DNA of 64,000 nt from NCBI GenBank assembly GCA_964395115.1, contig CAYMZX010000001.1:14751-78750 (forward strand). Direction: 5' to 3'. The first letter of the stretch is position 1, and each line of letters begins with the position of its first letter. The notes below the pieces were generated by a model that had not been told where the DNA came from, ran no database searches, and worked only from the letters and a program-made list of their open reading frames with translations. Source of the DNA: an uncultured Gammaproteobacteria bacterium (GTDB taxonomy: Bacteria; Patescibacteriota; Microgenomatia; UBA8517). This document shows, piece by piece, positions 9,538 through 19,347 of this stretch. The position numbers and the translations under genes were made by a program.

Positions 9538-10539
9538 ATGAGAAAAGAGGCCTTGTATGCGATTTTGGCTGGAAGTGTTTTGGGTCTTGTTATCGCTTTC
9601 GGAGTCTGGCGAGCTAATATTGCCTTCTCCCCGGGAAAGGAATCTCCCAAAACGGTTTTTTCTCCTTCCCCAAAACCGGAGTTTGCCATTACTTTGGTAA
9701 AGCCCCAATCGAATGCGGTCATCACTGAGGATTCGGTTATTTTAAGTGGCATTTCCAAGCCAAATTCCCATATCGTGATTTTGGGAGAGAAGAGAGACTA
9801 TTACACCAAATCTGACACTAAAGGCGAGTTTGAAATTGAAATTGAACTATTACCTGCCGTCAATCAAATAATAATTACCGCCTTTGACGATCAAGGAACA
9901 GAAACATCATTAAATCTTCTGCTTGTTTATTCTTCAGAATTCAAAAAATACTTAGGGGATATCTCTTCTTCTGAACCTATTAGCGATGGTTCAGTCCGGA
10001 GCAGGGTCGAACAAAAGGTCAAAGAAACTTTTGCCTCTCCCTCCGCCACCCTGGGTACGGTAACCGATATCTCCGAAGGAACTATTCAAATAAAAAGTCC
10101 GGTTGGTGAAATTGAACAATTATCAATCAGCGAAGACATCTCGGTTATTAAAAAAAGTGGTAAAACTAGCAAAGAAGTCAAACTTTTAGACGTAGCAATC
10201 GGAGACTTTATTGTAGCGATGGGTTTTAAAAATGGGAATGGAGTCATAAACACAAAAAGAATTCTCATCACTGATCCTTTGCCGCCGGTTTTCCGCCGGT
10301 CGGTATTTGCTAAAGTCGTAAAAAACGATAAAAAAGAGGTCGTCACTCAGTTGGTCAGGTCACAAGAAGAACAGAAAATCGTTCCCTCGAGTGAAATCTC
10401 TGCTTATCTATTGACCGAAGGTAAATATTCGAAAATTAAATTTAGCGAAATTAAAATTGATGATTTAATCATTGCCGCTGGAGAAGGGCCAGGTGGATCT
10501 CTTCAAACAAGAACCATTTTCGTCGTTCGCCGCCCCTAA
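9538..10539 (+). CDS. Membrane-anchored extracytoplasmic protein (Ig-like plus OB-fold-like repeats)
   Basis: N-terminal TM, SP linker, Ig-like segment (GEFEIEIELLPAVNQIIITAFD), then two GTVTDI...IGDFIVAMG-type units. Confidence 0.55.
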   Translation: MRKEALYAILAGSVLGLVIAFGVWRANIAFSPGKESPKTVFSPSPKPEFAITLVKPQSNAVITEDSVILSGISKPNSHIVILGEKRDYYTKSDTKGEFEIEIELLPAVNQIIITAFDDQGTETSLNLLLVYSSEFKKYLGDISSSEPISDGSVRSRVEQKVKETFASPSATLGTVTDISEGTIQIKSPVGEIEQLSISEDISVIKKSGKTSKEVKLLDVAIGDFIVAMGFKNGNGVINTKRILITDPLPPVFRRSVFAKVVKNDKKEVVTQLVRSQEEQKIVPSSEISAYLLTEGKYSKIKFSEIKIDDLIIAAGEGPGGSLQTRTIFVVRRP

Positions 10540-10632
10540 ATCGACGGATTTACTTCCTTGCTAGAAGATGGTTAACATTACGACTGGCTGTAAGACTGGT
10601 TTTTTGTATCTAGAAAGGATACTATTAGAAAA

Positions 10633-11538
10633 ATGAGGAAAGGACCTTTAACTCCGAAGGGATTCCGAGACATCGAACCGGTGTTGGCAAAAAAACGTCG
10701 GCAGGTAGTTTCTACGCTCGGTGACGTTTTAGAAAAGTTCGGCTTTGTACCCTTGGAGACTCCCACCATCGAATTTGCCGATACGCTTTTGGGTAAATAT
10801 GGCGAGGAAGAAAAATTAATTTACCAATTCAAAGATAAGGGCGGACGAAAACTGGCATTAAGATACGATTTGACGGTACCCCTCGCTCGCTACGTAGCCA
10901 ATAACCTCGGCGTTCTTAACCCCACATTTCTGCGATACCAGGTCGGCCAGGTTTTTAGGGGCGAGAATCCTCAAAAAGGGCGATACCGAGAATTCACTCA
11001 GTTTGATTTCGACTCGGTAGGCAGCGACGATCTTGAGGAAGACGCCAAGGTAATTGCGGCTGCGATTACATGCCTTCGAGTTTTAGGTTTGAAAAGTGCC
11101 AAAATGGCAATAAACGATAGAAAAAACTTTATCGGTTTAGCGCCGGAAATTGTCCGAGCTATAGACAAAATAGAAAAGATCGGCAAAGAAATAGTTAAAA
11201 AAGATCTTTCGAATAAGGGTTTCTCTGATAAAGATGTCGCCGCCATTGATGAGATAGAAAATATCAAACCTAACCAAAATCTTAATAAAATATTCTCAAT
11301 ATTGGAAAACAAATATACTTTCAAGAACGGGAAAGATTTCTTTTTCGACCCGACGTTAGCTCGTGGACTCGATTACTACACTGGGGCTATTTTTGAGCTG
11401 AAACCTACGGGTAAGAAAAAAGGACTTTCTATTGGTGGCGGAGGCAGATACGACAATCTGATCGGAATATTCGCTAACCGAAACATTCCGGCGGTCGGCT
11501 TCTCATTCGGAATAGATAGACTAGTAGAATTGGTTTGA
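10633..11538 (+). CDS. hisS: Histidine--tRNA ligase, catalytic domain only
   Basis: KGFRD, LRYDLTVP, FRGENPQKGRYREFTQ, RGLDYYTG, GGGRYD, GFSFGIDRL. Ends immediately after motif 3. Confidence 0.88.
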   Translation: MRKGPLTPKGFRDIEPVLAKKRRQVVSTLGDVLEKFGFVPLETPTIEFADTLLGKYGEEEKLIYQFKDKGGRKLALRYDLTVPLARYVANNLGVLNPTFLRYQVGQVFRGENPQKGRYREFTQFDFDSVGSDDLEEDAKVIAAAITCLRVLGLKSAKMAINDRKNFIGLAPEIVRAIDKIEKIGKEIVKKDLSNKGFSDKDVAAIDEIENIKPNQNLNKIFSILENKYTFKNGKDFFFDPTLARGLDYYTGAIFELKPTGKKKGLSIGGGGRYDNLIGIFANRNIPAVGFSFGIDRLVELV

Positions 11539-11540
11539 AA

Positions 11541-12452
11541 ATGAACCCCTATCGCCTACATGCCTATTTACTCCTCCTAATTGTTTCTTTCATTTGGGGC
11601 ATTGCTGGAGTGGTCATAAAATTTACCCTAGCCGCTTTCCCTCCTCTTATCTTTCTGGCTTACCGTTTTGCCCTTTCTGCTCTTATCGCTTTGGTTTCTT
11701 TTTTAATCATCGGTTACAAAATCCCCGATGATAAAAAAATTTTTTGGGCGTCGCTTGTCTACGGCTTCTTAACCTCGACCATAGCCTTGGGTCTTCTATT
11801 TTTCGGCACCGAAGAAACTACAGCAGTCGACGCAACCCTAATTTCAGCCATTGCCCCGATAACCATCGCGGCCGCCGGAGCGATTTTTTTAAAAGAACAT
11901 ATAACCTTTAGGGAAGGGGCAGGAATAACCATCGCTCTCTCGGGAACTATCATTACAATCGCCGAACCAATTCTTAAAAACGGCGCTAGTTATTCCGGTT
12001 TGGGAGGAAACCTTTTAGTCTTCGCTTCGGTCTTAACAAGTACAATAACCGCAGTCCTGGCCAAAATAATTTTGAGAAAGAAAGTCAATCCTCTGTATGC
12101 AACAAACGTTGCCTTCATTGTTGGTTTTGTTACCACTACCCCAATTGCTTTCTTAGTTCATGGTCCGTCTGAGATTTTTAAAACAATTGTTTCCGCTCCT
12201 TTATCCTACCAGTTAGGAGTTGCCTATATGGCCCTAATTTCTGGCACCTTAGGCTATACTCTGTGGCATAAAGCTGTAAAAACAATTGAGATTGGCGAAG
12301 CCGGTCTTTTTGCTTACCTTTATCCTGTTTTTGGAACCCCGCTAGCAGTTTTTTGGCTTAAAGAAAAAATAACCCTTCCTTTCCTTGTTGGTGCCTTAGT
12401 TATTTTAATTGGTGTTTTGATTGCCGAATACAAGAAAAAAAGATATAATTGA
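11541..12452 (+). CDS. DMT/EamA family transporter
   Basis: Ten-TM duplicated EamA pattern (IWG...RF; FLKEHIT; WLKEKIT). Confidence 0.9.
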   Translation: MNPYRLHAYLLLLIVSFIWGIAGVVIKFTLAAFPPLIFLAYRFALSALIALVSFLIIGYKIPDDKKIFWASLVYGFLTSTIALGLLFFGTEETTAVDATLISAIAPITIAAAGAIFLKEHITFREGAGITIALSGTIITIAEPILKNGASYSGLGGNLLVFASVLTSTITAVLAKIILRKKVNPLYATNVAFIVGFVTTTPIAFLVHGPSEIFKTIVSAPLSYQLGVAYMALISGTLGYTLWHKAVKTIEIGEAGLFAYLYPVFGTPLAVFWLKEKITLPFLVGALVILIGVLIAEYKKKRYN

Positions 12453-12484
12453 CCAAGTTTATAAACGGTTTGGAATTAACAATT

Positions 12485-12799
12485 ATGAAGGCTCAAATTC
12501 ACCCCTATTGGTATCCAGAAGCAAAAGTTATCTGTGCTTGTGGAAATACTTTTTTAGTAGGAGCGACTGTTCCCGAAATAAGGGTTGAGGTCTGTTCCCA
12601 TTGTCATCCCTTTTATACGGGCCAGATGAAATATGTTGATACGGCGGGCCGGGTTGAATCTTTTAAATCGAAACGGGCTAAGGCTTCGCAAATAAAGATT
12701 TCCAAAAAAGAGAAAAGGCGGTTGAAAAAACTTAAAAGAATTGAGGAAGAATTGGAAAGGCCAGATACCCTGGAAGCTCTCCGGGCCAAGAAAAAATAA
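12485..12799 (+). CDS. rpmE: 50S ribosomal protein L31 with a basic C-terminal extension
   Basis: MKAQIHP..CACG...[10 protein letters not shown]...GRVESF. Confidence 0.95.
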   Translation: MKAQIHPYWYPEAKVICACGNTFLVGATVPEIRVEVCSHCHPFYTGQMKYVDTAGRVESFKSKRAKASQIKISKKEKRRLKKLKRIEEELERPDTLEALRAKKK

Positions 12800-12808
12800 C
12801 TCTCACTT

Positions 12809-13510
12809 ATGGATGGGTCTCTTCAGAATCTTTATTTGGAAGTACGTGGGGCAACTGGCGGGAATGAAGCCAAGATTTGGTCGATGGACCTTCTCCGAAT
12901 GTATTTAAGATACGCTTCTAGGAAAGGGTGGAAAGTAACCCCAATCGACGCCAATGTTCTCAAAATCTCTGGGTTCCAAGCTTTTGACCTTCTCAAGAAT
13001 GAGGCGGGTGTTCATCGTGTTCAAAGAATTCCTGTTACCGAACGGAGGGGTAGAATTCATACTTCAACGGCTACGGTAGTTGTTTTGCCCGAAATTAAAG
13101 ATTCGGAAATAAGAATCCCTCTAGATGATATCCATATAGAATTTTTTAGAGCCAGCTCTCAGGGCGGACAAAATGTCCAGAAAGTTTCAACGGCAGTCCG
13201 GATCAAACATATCCCCAGCGGGATCGTGATCAGCGCCCAACGAGAAAGATCCCAAGAACAGAATAGAAAAATTGCCATGGATCTTTTACGGGCTAAACTT
13301 TGGGAGAGAAAAGAAGAGGAAAAAATGCGAACTATCGCGGGTTACCGATCAGTCATCGGCCGTGGCATGAGAGCCGAGAAAATAAGAACTTATAATTTCC
13401 CCCAAAACAGGGTTACCGATCATCGAATTGGAAAGTCTTGGGGAAATCTTGAAAACATTATGGATGGTGATTTGAGTAAAATAATTCTCGCCTGTCAAGG
13501 GATCGATTGA
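12809..13510 (+). CDS. prfA: Peptide chain release factor 1, N-terminally truncated
   Basis: GGNEA, GVHRVQRIPVTE (PxT), GGQNV, KIRTYNFPQNRVTDHRI; canonical position after rpmE. Confidence 0.88.
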   Translation: MDGSLQNLYLEVRGATGGNEAKIWSMDLLRMYLRYASRKGWKVTPIDANVLKISGFQAFDLLKNEAGVHRVQRIPVTERRGRIHTSTATVVVLPEIKDSEIRIPLDDIHIEFFRASSQGGQNVQKVSTAVRIKHIPSGIVISAQRERSQEQNRKIAMDLLRAKLWERKEEEKMRTIAGYRSVIGRGMRAEKIRTYNFPQNRVTDHRIGKSWGNLENIMDGDLSKIILACQGID

Positions 13511-13516
13511 CGTCGA

Positions 13517-14662
13517 TTATTGAGAAAATTCGGAGAGAAGAACCGAAAGATTCAATTTTTGACCATTTCTCCAAATTTCCAAATTTACCTGCTCGCCAGG
13601 TTTCTTTTTCTTAATCTCGTCTGCCAAGGTATTGTTTTCACTTAGCTCTTGGCCGGCAAACTTAGTAATGATATCATCGGCCAATATTCCTGCAGATTCC
13701 GCGGGGGAACCTGTAATTACTTCCACCACATACGCCCCGGTTGGAATATTATTCAAAATAGCCATTCGTCTCGAAATCATTTGATATTGAACACCAAGAT
13801 ACGGCTTGGGAGCGAATCTCCCCGTTTCCTTAAATGTCTTTAGAGCTTCTTTAACTATATTAATAGGAAGGGCGAAGCCGATATTTTGGGCTTCTTGAGC
13901 AACTGCTACATTTACCCCAATTACTTGGCCGGCAGAATTTAGAAGCGGCCCGCCCGAATTACCCGGATTGATAGCCGCATCGGTTTGAATAACATCATCT
14001 AATTTTTCCACATAACCCTCCAGTATACTGCCCGCAATAATTCCCCTCCCAAGACCGGAAATAACGCCGGTGGTTACCGTATGGCGAAATTCTCCCAGAG
14101 CGGTGCCAATAGCTATCACGAACTGACCGACTTTAAGACTACTTGAGTCTCCGAGTTCCAACGGTTTGAGACCAAGGGCATCTATTTTGAGAATAGCAAT
14201 GTCGTTCGACGGATCCCGGCTTATTTGTTTCACATCATATTCCTTTCCATCTTTGGTAATTACTTTGTAGGTAGCCCGGGTATCGGAAACAACGTGTTTA
14301 TTAGTCACTATAAGCCCATCTGATGAAACAACAAACCCCGTACCAATATCTTCTGGAATCCCGCCTTCAATCCTTTGCGTCAGCCCGCGAAAAGGTGAAA
14401 ATTGGAAAATTCTCCTAGCGGGACTCTGCTTAGAAACTGTTACAACCGAGGGTGAAGCCTTTTCGGCAACTTCGATGACTACTGATTCTTCGTTTAATAT
14501 TTTTTGGTCGAGCCGGAAACTACTGGAACGCGGAATAAGTTTATCAAGAGGTTTAATACCCCAAAGCCTGTCGGCTACCACTCCTCCACTAACGGCGGCT
14601 AAAACAATTAGGGTTAATGCTACTCCGATCAAAAATTTACGAATATTTAATCGTTTTTTCAT
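13517..14662 (-). CDS. HtrA/DegP family serine protease with a PDZ domain
   Basis: TNKHVV, DIAILKI, QTDAAINPGNSGGPL; C-terminal PDZ. Confidence 0.95.
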   Translation of the reverse strand: MKKRLNIRKFLIGVALTLIVLAAVSGGVVADRLWGIKPLDKLIPRSSSFRLDQKILNEESVVIEVAEKASPSVVTVSKQSPARRIFQFSPFRGLTQRIEGGIPEDIGTGFVVSSDGLIVTNKHVVSDTRATYKVITKDGKEYDVKQISRDPSNDIAILKIDALGLKPLELGDSSSLKVGQFVIAIGTALGEFRHTVTTGVISGLGRGIIAGSILEGYVEKLDDVIQTDAAINPGNSGGPLLNSAGQVIGVNVAVAQEAQNIGFALPINIVKEALKTFKETGRFAPKPYLGVQYQMISRRMAILNNIPTGAYVVEVITGSPAESAGILADDIITKFAGQELSENNTLADEIKKKKPGEQVNLEIWRNGQKLNLSVLLSEFSQ

Positions 14663-14680
14663 ATTCCTGTAACACTTTAA

Positions 14681-15961
14681 TTATAAAGATTGAGTCACTT
14701 CTATTGCTTTGTCAAGTTGTTCGTCTGCGGGCGTTTTTGGATCATCCGCAATTTCTATATCCGGCTCAAGCCCTTTTTCGTTTACCCAAAACCCGCTTGG
14801 ATTAAGCCATCTGGCAATCGTTATATGCAACCCGCTACCCCCCTCTAATTGGATGGGTTCTTGGATTGTTCCTTTTCCAAAGGTTTTCTGTCCAATCAGT
14901 TTTATCTTCCGAATATCTCTAAGGGCGCCAGCTAAAATTTCCGAAGCCGAAGCGCTTCCTTCATTAATTAATACCACCACCGGTATGTTATTAAGCAATC
15001 CCTGTCTTTCCACTTTGAATTCCTTTTTCGAGCCATCGTATTTCTCCTCAATCACTACCACTGATCCTATTTTAAGGAACTCCGAAGCAACATCGACCGC
15101 TCCCTGTAGATAACCACCGGGGTTGTTCCTTAAATCTAAGATTATGGCTTTTATTTCTCTTTTCTTCAAAATTTCCCTTACCGCCTTTCCCCATTCACCA
15201 TTGGTCTCACCGCCAAACTTAAGAAGTTTTATGTGGGCTATTTCTCCTCTTTCTCCAATATAGGAAAGAATAAGAGTTGGCACCTCCAATTTCTCCCGAA
15301 TCAACTCCTTGATCATGGGCTCTGTGTCCTCGTCTCGCAAAAGAGTCAAAGTTACTTTTGTCCCCGCCTTTCCTCTTATTAGCTGAACCGCTTCTGTGAG
15401 AGTAATCCCCGCTGTTGCTCGATCTATATTTCTGCCTTCGTCCTTGATGTTGATAATGTAATCTCCTGGTTTAACTCCCGCCTTTTCCGCGGGCGAATTT
15501 GGCAAAGGTGCTATTACGACCAACTGTTTTCCTTTAAACCCTATTTGGATTCCTACTCCCTCAAATTGGCCACTTAAATCCTCCTGGACTATTTTATTTT
15601 CGGACGGCGGTAGAAAGGTAGTGTAGGGGTCTTCAACGGCCGCCACCATTCCTTTGATAGCCCCGTAAACCATGTTCGCCGGAATAATTTTGGTTTTGTC
15701 GTAGTATTGAGAGGTTAATGTATCCCAAACTTGCCAGAATAGGGAAAAATCCAAATCGGTTTTGTCTGGGGGCATTTCTCTAACAATATTGACCTTAGGA
15801 AACTTTTTGATAGATACACGGTAGCCCTGAACACCAAAATAATAGCCGCCGCCAAAGAGAAGGAGCGAAACTAGTAAAACTAAGAAATATTTTCGGAAAG
15901 AAGCTAAGGTAAGTTTAGGTAACAAAGATTTAAAAATCATATAATGAGACCGTCTCAGCAT
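14681..15961 (-). CDS. S41 family C-terminal processing protease
   Basis: DPYT, GVGI PDZ, LDLRNNPGG, SASASEI, GKGTIQ. Alternative ATG at 15940. Confidence 0.95.
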   Translation of the reverse strand: MLRRSHYMIFKSLLPKLTLASFRKYFLVLLVSLLLFGGGYYFGVQGYRVSIKKFPKVNIVREMPPDKTDLDFSLFWQVWDTLTSQYYDKTKIIPANMVYGAIKGMVAAVEDPYTTFLPPSENKIVQEDLSGQFEGVGIQIGFKGKQLVVIAPLPNSPAEKAGVKPGDYIINIKDEGRNIDRATAGITLTEAVQLIRGKAGTKVTLTLLRDEDTEPMIKELIREKLEVPTLILSYIGERGEIAHIKLLKFGGETNGEWGKAVREILKKREIKAIILDLRNNPGGYLQGAVDVASEFLKIGSVVVIEEKYDGSKKEFKVERQGLLNNIPVVVLINEGSASASEILAGALRDIRKIKLIGQKTFGKGTIQEPIQLEGGSGLHITIARWLNPSGFWVNEKGLEPDIEIADDPKTPADEQLDKAIEVTQSL

Positions 15962-15969
15962 TATTTATA

Positions 15970-16209
15970 TTAGAGGCTATCGGAGAAAGGAAGAAGCCCC
16001 AAATGACGGGCCCTCTTAATCTCAATAGCCAATCTTCTCTGGTGTTTTGGACACACACCGCTCCTATTTCTTCCAATAATTTTAGCCCTATCTGAGATAA
16101 ATTTTGCGAGTTCTGTATAATTTTTATAATCGGGTTCTCCTGCATTTCTACAAAATGGGCAATTTCCCGATACGGCTTTTATCTTGGAGTGTAACCTTTT
16201 GGCGGCCAT
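15970..16209 (-). CDS. rpsR: 30S ribosomal protein S18
   Basis: CPFC..DYKN...CPKHQR..IKRARHLGLLPF. Confidence 0.96.
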   Translation of the reverse strand: MAAKRLHSKIKAVSGNCPFCRNAGEPDYKNYTELAKFISDRAKIIGRNRSGVCPKHQRRLAIEIKRARHLGLLPFSDSL

Positions 16210-16221
16210 AGAGATTGATTT

Positions 16222-16746
16222 TTAGAAGGGAATTTCTTCGTCTTCTTCTTTTTCTTCTTTATTCTCTTCTTTGGTCTTTTTGGGTTGTTCTTTCTCTGCC
16301 TTTTCCGCTTCTAAATTCGCTTCCGCCGGTTCTTCTTCGACTATTGGCGGCTCTATTTGAGATTCGATTGGTTCCTCTGGTAATTCAATTTCTTCCCCTT
16401 GCCCGGCCTGAATACGGGAATCCAAAATTATCATGTCAGAAATTACAATCTCGGTTGAAGTGCGCTGAGTTCCATCTTGTCCTGTCCAACTCCTGGTTTG
16501 AAGTCGGCCTTCGACATAGACTTTTCTTCCTTTTGTTAAAAGCTGCGAACAAATTTCGGCTAATTTATTCCAAGCGACAAGACGGTGGAACTCTGCTTCC
16601 TCTTTCTTTTCCCCAGCCTCAGTTACCCATTGCCTGTTAGTTGCCAGGCCGAAAGTGCAAACCGCCGTTCCTTGGGGTGTATAACGAAGCTCCGGATCCC
16701 TCGTTAAATTCCCAATTAAAATTACCTTATTTAGACTTCTTGCCAT
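16222..16746 (-). CDS. ssb: Single-stranded DNA-binding protein
   Basis: NKVILIGNLTRDPELRYT, VEGRLQTRSW, acidic tail ending EEIPF. Confidence 0.97.
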   Translation of the reverse strand: MARSLNKVILIGNLTRDPELRYTPQGTAVCTFGLATNRQWVTEAGEKKEEAEFHRLVAWNKLAEICSQLLTKGRKVYVEGRLQTRSWTGQDGTQRTSTEIVISDMIILDSRIQAGQGEEIELPEEPIESQIEPPIVEEEPAEANLEAEKAEKEQPKKTKEENKEEKEEDEEIPF

Positions 16747-16749
16747 ATA

Positions 16750-17034
16750 TTAATCTTTCTTTACTAATAAATAGCGAATAATGTCGTCGTTCGCCTTTAA
16801 CTTGTTAATTAAATTCTTCACCCCCTCGCTTTCTAATTCTACGACAAAGTGCAAAAAAAGACCAGAGGTGGATTTTCTAATCCTGTAGGCCAGGTCTTTA
16901 ATCCCCCATTCTTCAACCCTTATGTTTTTCCCGTTGGAAACAGCGACAAGTTTTTCTATGGTCCGAGCCATCGTGTTTTTCTTAGTAGACGATGTTTTAC
17001 CATCTAGGACAATCGTTAATTCGTATTTTCGCAT
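16750..17034 (-). CDS. rpsF: 30S ribosomal protein S6
   Basis: MRKYEL...EEWGIKDLAYRI...IIRYLLV; position in the rpsF-ssb-rpsR operon. Confidence 0.95.
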   Translation of the reverse strand: MRKYELTIVLDGKTSSTKKNTMARTIEKLVAVSNGKNIRVEEWGIKDLAYRIRKSTSGLFLHFVVELESEGVKNLINKLKANDDIIRYLLVKKD

Positions 17035-17088
17035 AAACGGTAAAGTATAACATTTGAAAGTTTCGGCTTCAATTGTTAAAATCGCCCC

Positions 17089-17289
17089 ATGAACAAAGAG
17101 GCCAGGGTGGTGAAAAACCCATTGAGAGAGATTTCTTCGAAATCGCTTAGGGAATTAGCCGGCCACCTAGCCAGCCAATTTGGAACAGAAGTCTCTCTGT
17201 TTAAAGATTTGATGGCGGCCGCAAATGCCCTCGACGAAGGAGAACCTGAAAAAGCTTGTAGAATTCTAGGGGTTAAAATCCAACCTTAA
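17089..17289 (+). CDS. Small hypothetical protein
   Basis: 66-aa ORF with extended -10 TGTTAAAAT 6 nt upstream of the ATG. Confidence 0.55.
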   Translation: MNKEARVVKNPLREISSKSLRELAGHLASQFGTEVSLFKDLMAAANALDEGEPEKACRILGVKIQP

Positions 17290-18208
17290 ATTCAACTACG
17301 TCTTTGTCTTGTACAATGTAATCTCTTCCTTCGAGACGTATTTTCCCTTTTTCTTTAGCTTCTTTCCAACCCCCCACCCTCAATAATTCCAGAAGGTTTA
17401 CCACTTCTGCTTTGATAAAATTTTTGGCGAAATCGGTGTGGACTTCTCCGGCCGCATCAATTGCTGTTGAGCCGCTTTTTATACTCCATGCATGAACTTC
17501 TTTTCCCCTTTTAATCGTATAAAAAGTAATCAGGTTTAAAAGACTGTAAGTATGAAGTATAAGTCTTTCCAGCCCTGACTTTTCAATCCCCAACTGTCCT
17601 AAATAATCTTTTCTTTCTTGCTCGTTCAAATCGATTAGCTCCTCTTCGAGCTTTGCCGAAATAAGGAGAGCTTTTTCCTTGAACTTTTGTTCAACTTGGG
17701 CCAATAAGTCGATATTATTCAAGTCATTTTCATCAACATTTAAAACAAAGATTTCGGGTTTACCTGTTATTCCACCCAATTCAAGCTCTAGGTTAACTAC
17801 TTCTATATCCTCAAGGACCTGCTCCCGCGAACCGGGCTCATGGGTTGGATGTTGATGGGAAACACCCGGATCTTCAAACGCACGGACCACATGAACAATC
17901 GCATCCACTTCCCTAATTTTTGCCAAAAATTGGTTTCCTAACCCTTCGCCTTTATGAGCTCCTCTAACCAATCCGGCAATGTCAATAAAAGTGATCGTTG
18001 CCGGGACAGTTTTTTCGGGCTTAACTAGTTTCGATAGAGAAACCAGATCACCATCCGGAACAGATATAACAGCCTCGTGTGGCTTAATGGTAGTAAACGG
18101 ACGGGGTGCTGTTTCCGCCAATCGCCTGCTTGCCAAAGCATTAAAAAGTGTCGACTTGCCTGCGTTTGGCAACCCTACTATTCCAACCGATAGGCTCGCG
18201 GTGGACAT
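17273..18208 (-). CDS. ychF: Redox-regulated ATPase YchF (short form)
   Basis: GIVGLPNAGKSTLFN, DIAGLVRGAHKGEGLGNQFL; TGS domain HTDF...RLEGRDYIVQDKDV. Confidence 0.92.
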   Translation of the reverse strand: MSTASLSVGIVGLPNAGKSTLFNALASRRLAETAPRPFTTIKPHEAVISVPDGDLVSLSKLVKPEKTVPATITFIDIAGLVRGAHKGEGLGNQFLAKIREVDAIVHVVRAFEDPGVSHQHPTHEPGSREQVLEDIEVVNLELELGGITGKPEIFVLNVDENDLNNIDLLAQVEQKFKEKALLISAKLEEELIDLNEQERKDYLGQLGIEKSGLERLILHTYSLLNLITFYTIKRGKEVHAWSIKSGSTAIDAAGEVHTDFAKNFIKAEVVNLLELLRVGGWKEAKEKGKIRLEGRDYIVQDKDVVEFKVGF

Positions 18209-18211
18209 TTT

Positions 18212-18691
18212 TTATTTTCTCTCGATTAGTCCATCAAGGATTAAATAATCTTCGCTTGCTTTCTTTAGCTGTGGGTTTGTATTCCTAATATTCACCAGCC
18301 AATTTTTGGCGTCTTCTCGCCAAAGTTGGTATGCTTCCTCAAAACCCTCTTCGGTTGTCCAATCAATTTCTTGCATTTTCTTCAAAATCTTTCCAAGTTG
18401 TTCCTTTACTTCAGGCGGAGTCTCCGGGCGGTCAATCTCCCAATTAAGCCGCCAAGAAATCGTCTCCCACGCAAGAATTGAATTCTCCCGGTTGAAGCTT
18501 CCGAGTCGAGTGGGCCCGAAAGCGTTGCCGTCGTCTCCAATAATGTTTTCTATAATATAGCCCCGGGCAATATGTTCAGGGTCCAACCCAACTTCTTTTG
18601 CTTTTTGTCTAATCTCTTCAATTTTTTTTTGGGGGTATTCTATCCACTCTCGCTGTTTCTCTTCTAATTCTGAATCTTTAAGTTCTGTCAT
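18212..18691 (-). CDS. Hypothetical acidic helical protein
   Basis: 159-aa ORF tightly packed in the operon; no recognisable motif. Confidence 0.6.
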   Translation of the reverse strand: MTELKDSELEEKQREWIEYPQKKIEEIRQKAKEVGLDPEHIARGYIIENIIGDDGNAFGPTRLGSFNRENSILAWETISWRLNWEIDRPETPPEVKEQLGKILKKMQEIDWTTEEGFEEAYQLWREDAKNWLVNIRNTNPQLKKASEDYLILDGLIERK

Positions 18692-18693
18692 TT

Positions 18694-19347
18694 TTATATT
18701 TTTTCGATAGCCATAGAATTAAGCTGATCATAACCTCTGATTACTAAGTCGGCTTTCTTTAAAGACATAGCGTGTTTGCTATCTCGACTAAGAGCGATTA
18801 CCTTCATTCCCGCTTGGTGAGCTGCTTCGATCCCCGATTCCGAATCTTCAATAACTAAACAGTGTTCCGGTTTAACATCAATTTTGTCGGCCGCCACCAA
18901 AAATAGATCAGGGGCGGGTTTTTTAAGGATAACCTCTTCACCTGTGGTAATGCTATCAAAAAGATCCTGCAATTTAGGAATTTTTTTGAAGGCCGCCTCA
19001 ACAACAAACCAAACGCTCGATGTTGCCAAAGCTGTTTTTATTCCACTTTTTTTTAATTCTTCAATAAATTTCTCTAACCCCTTTTTTATCCTTATTTTGG
19101 GAAGAAGTTTTAGATACTCTTCCTGAGTTTCACTCGCCAGTTCATCCAAAGATTTCTTGGTCTTAACTTTGTATTTCCTGAGAAGCCCCGGCCAATTTTC
19201 TTTGACTCCTATTCCTCCTGTTTGCGGATAATCGGTATGAACTTTTGCCCCCAATCTACCCAAAACTTTTTTGAAGGCTAGACCGTATTCGTCTTCATTT
19301 GAAAGCACCGTTCCGTCTAAATCAAAAATAACTGCCGCAATTTTCAT
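18694..19347 (-). CDS. HAD family phosphatase (beta-PGM-like)
   Basis: FDLDGT, ATSS, KPAPD, IEDSESG motifs. Confidence 0.92.
   Translation of the reverse strand: MKIAAVIFDLDGTVLSNEDEYGLAFKKVLGRLGAKVHTDYPQTGGIGVKENWPGLLRKYKVKTKKSLDELASETQEEYLKLLPKIRIKKGLEKFIEELKKSGIKTALATSSVWFVVEAAFKKIPKLQDLFDSITTGEEVILKKPAPDLFLVAADKIDVKPEHCLVIEDSESGIEAAHQAGMKVIALSRDSKHAMSLKKADLVIRGYDQLNSMAIEKI

Noticed and set aside
10633-11538. Calling the short hisS a HisZ
   Set aside because: Intact GLDYY and motif 2/3 residues and no his operon context favour a true HisRS; not fully excluded.
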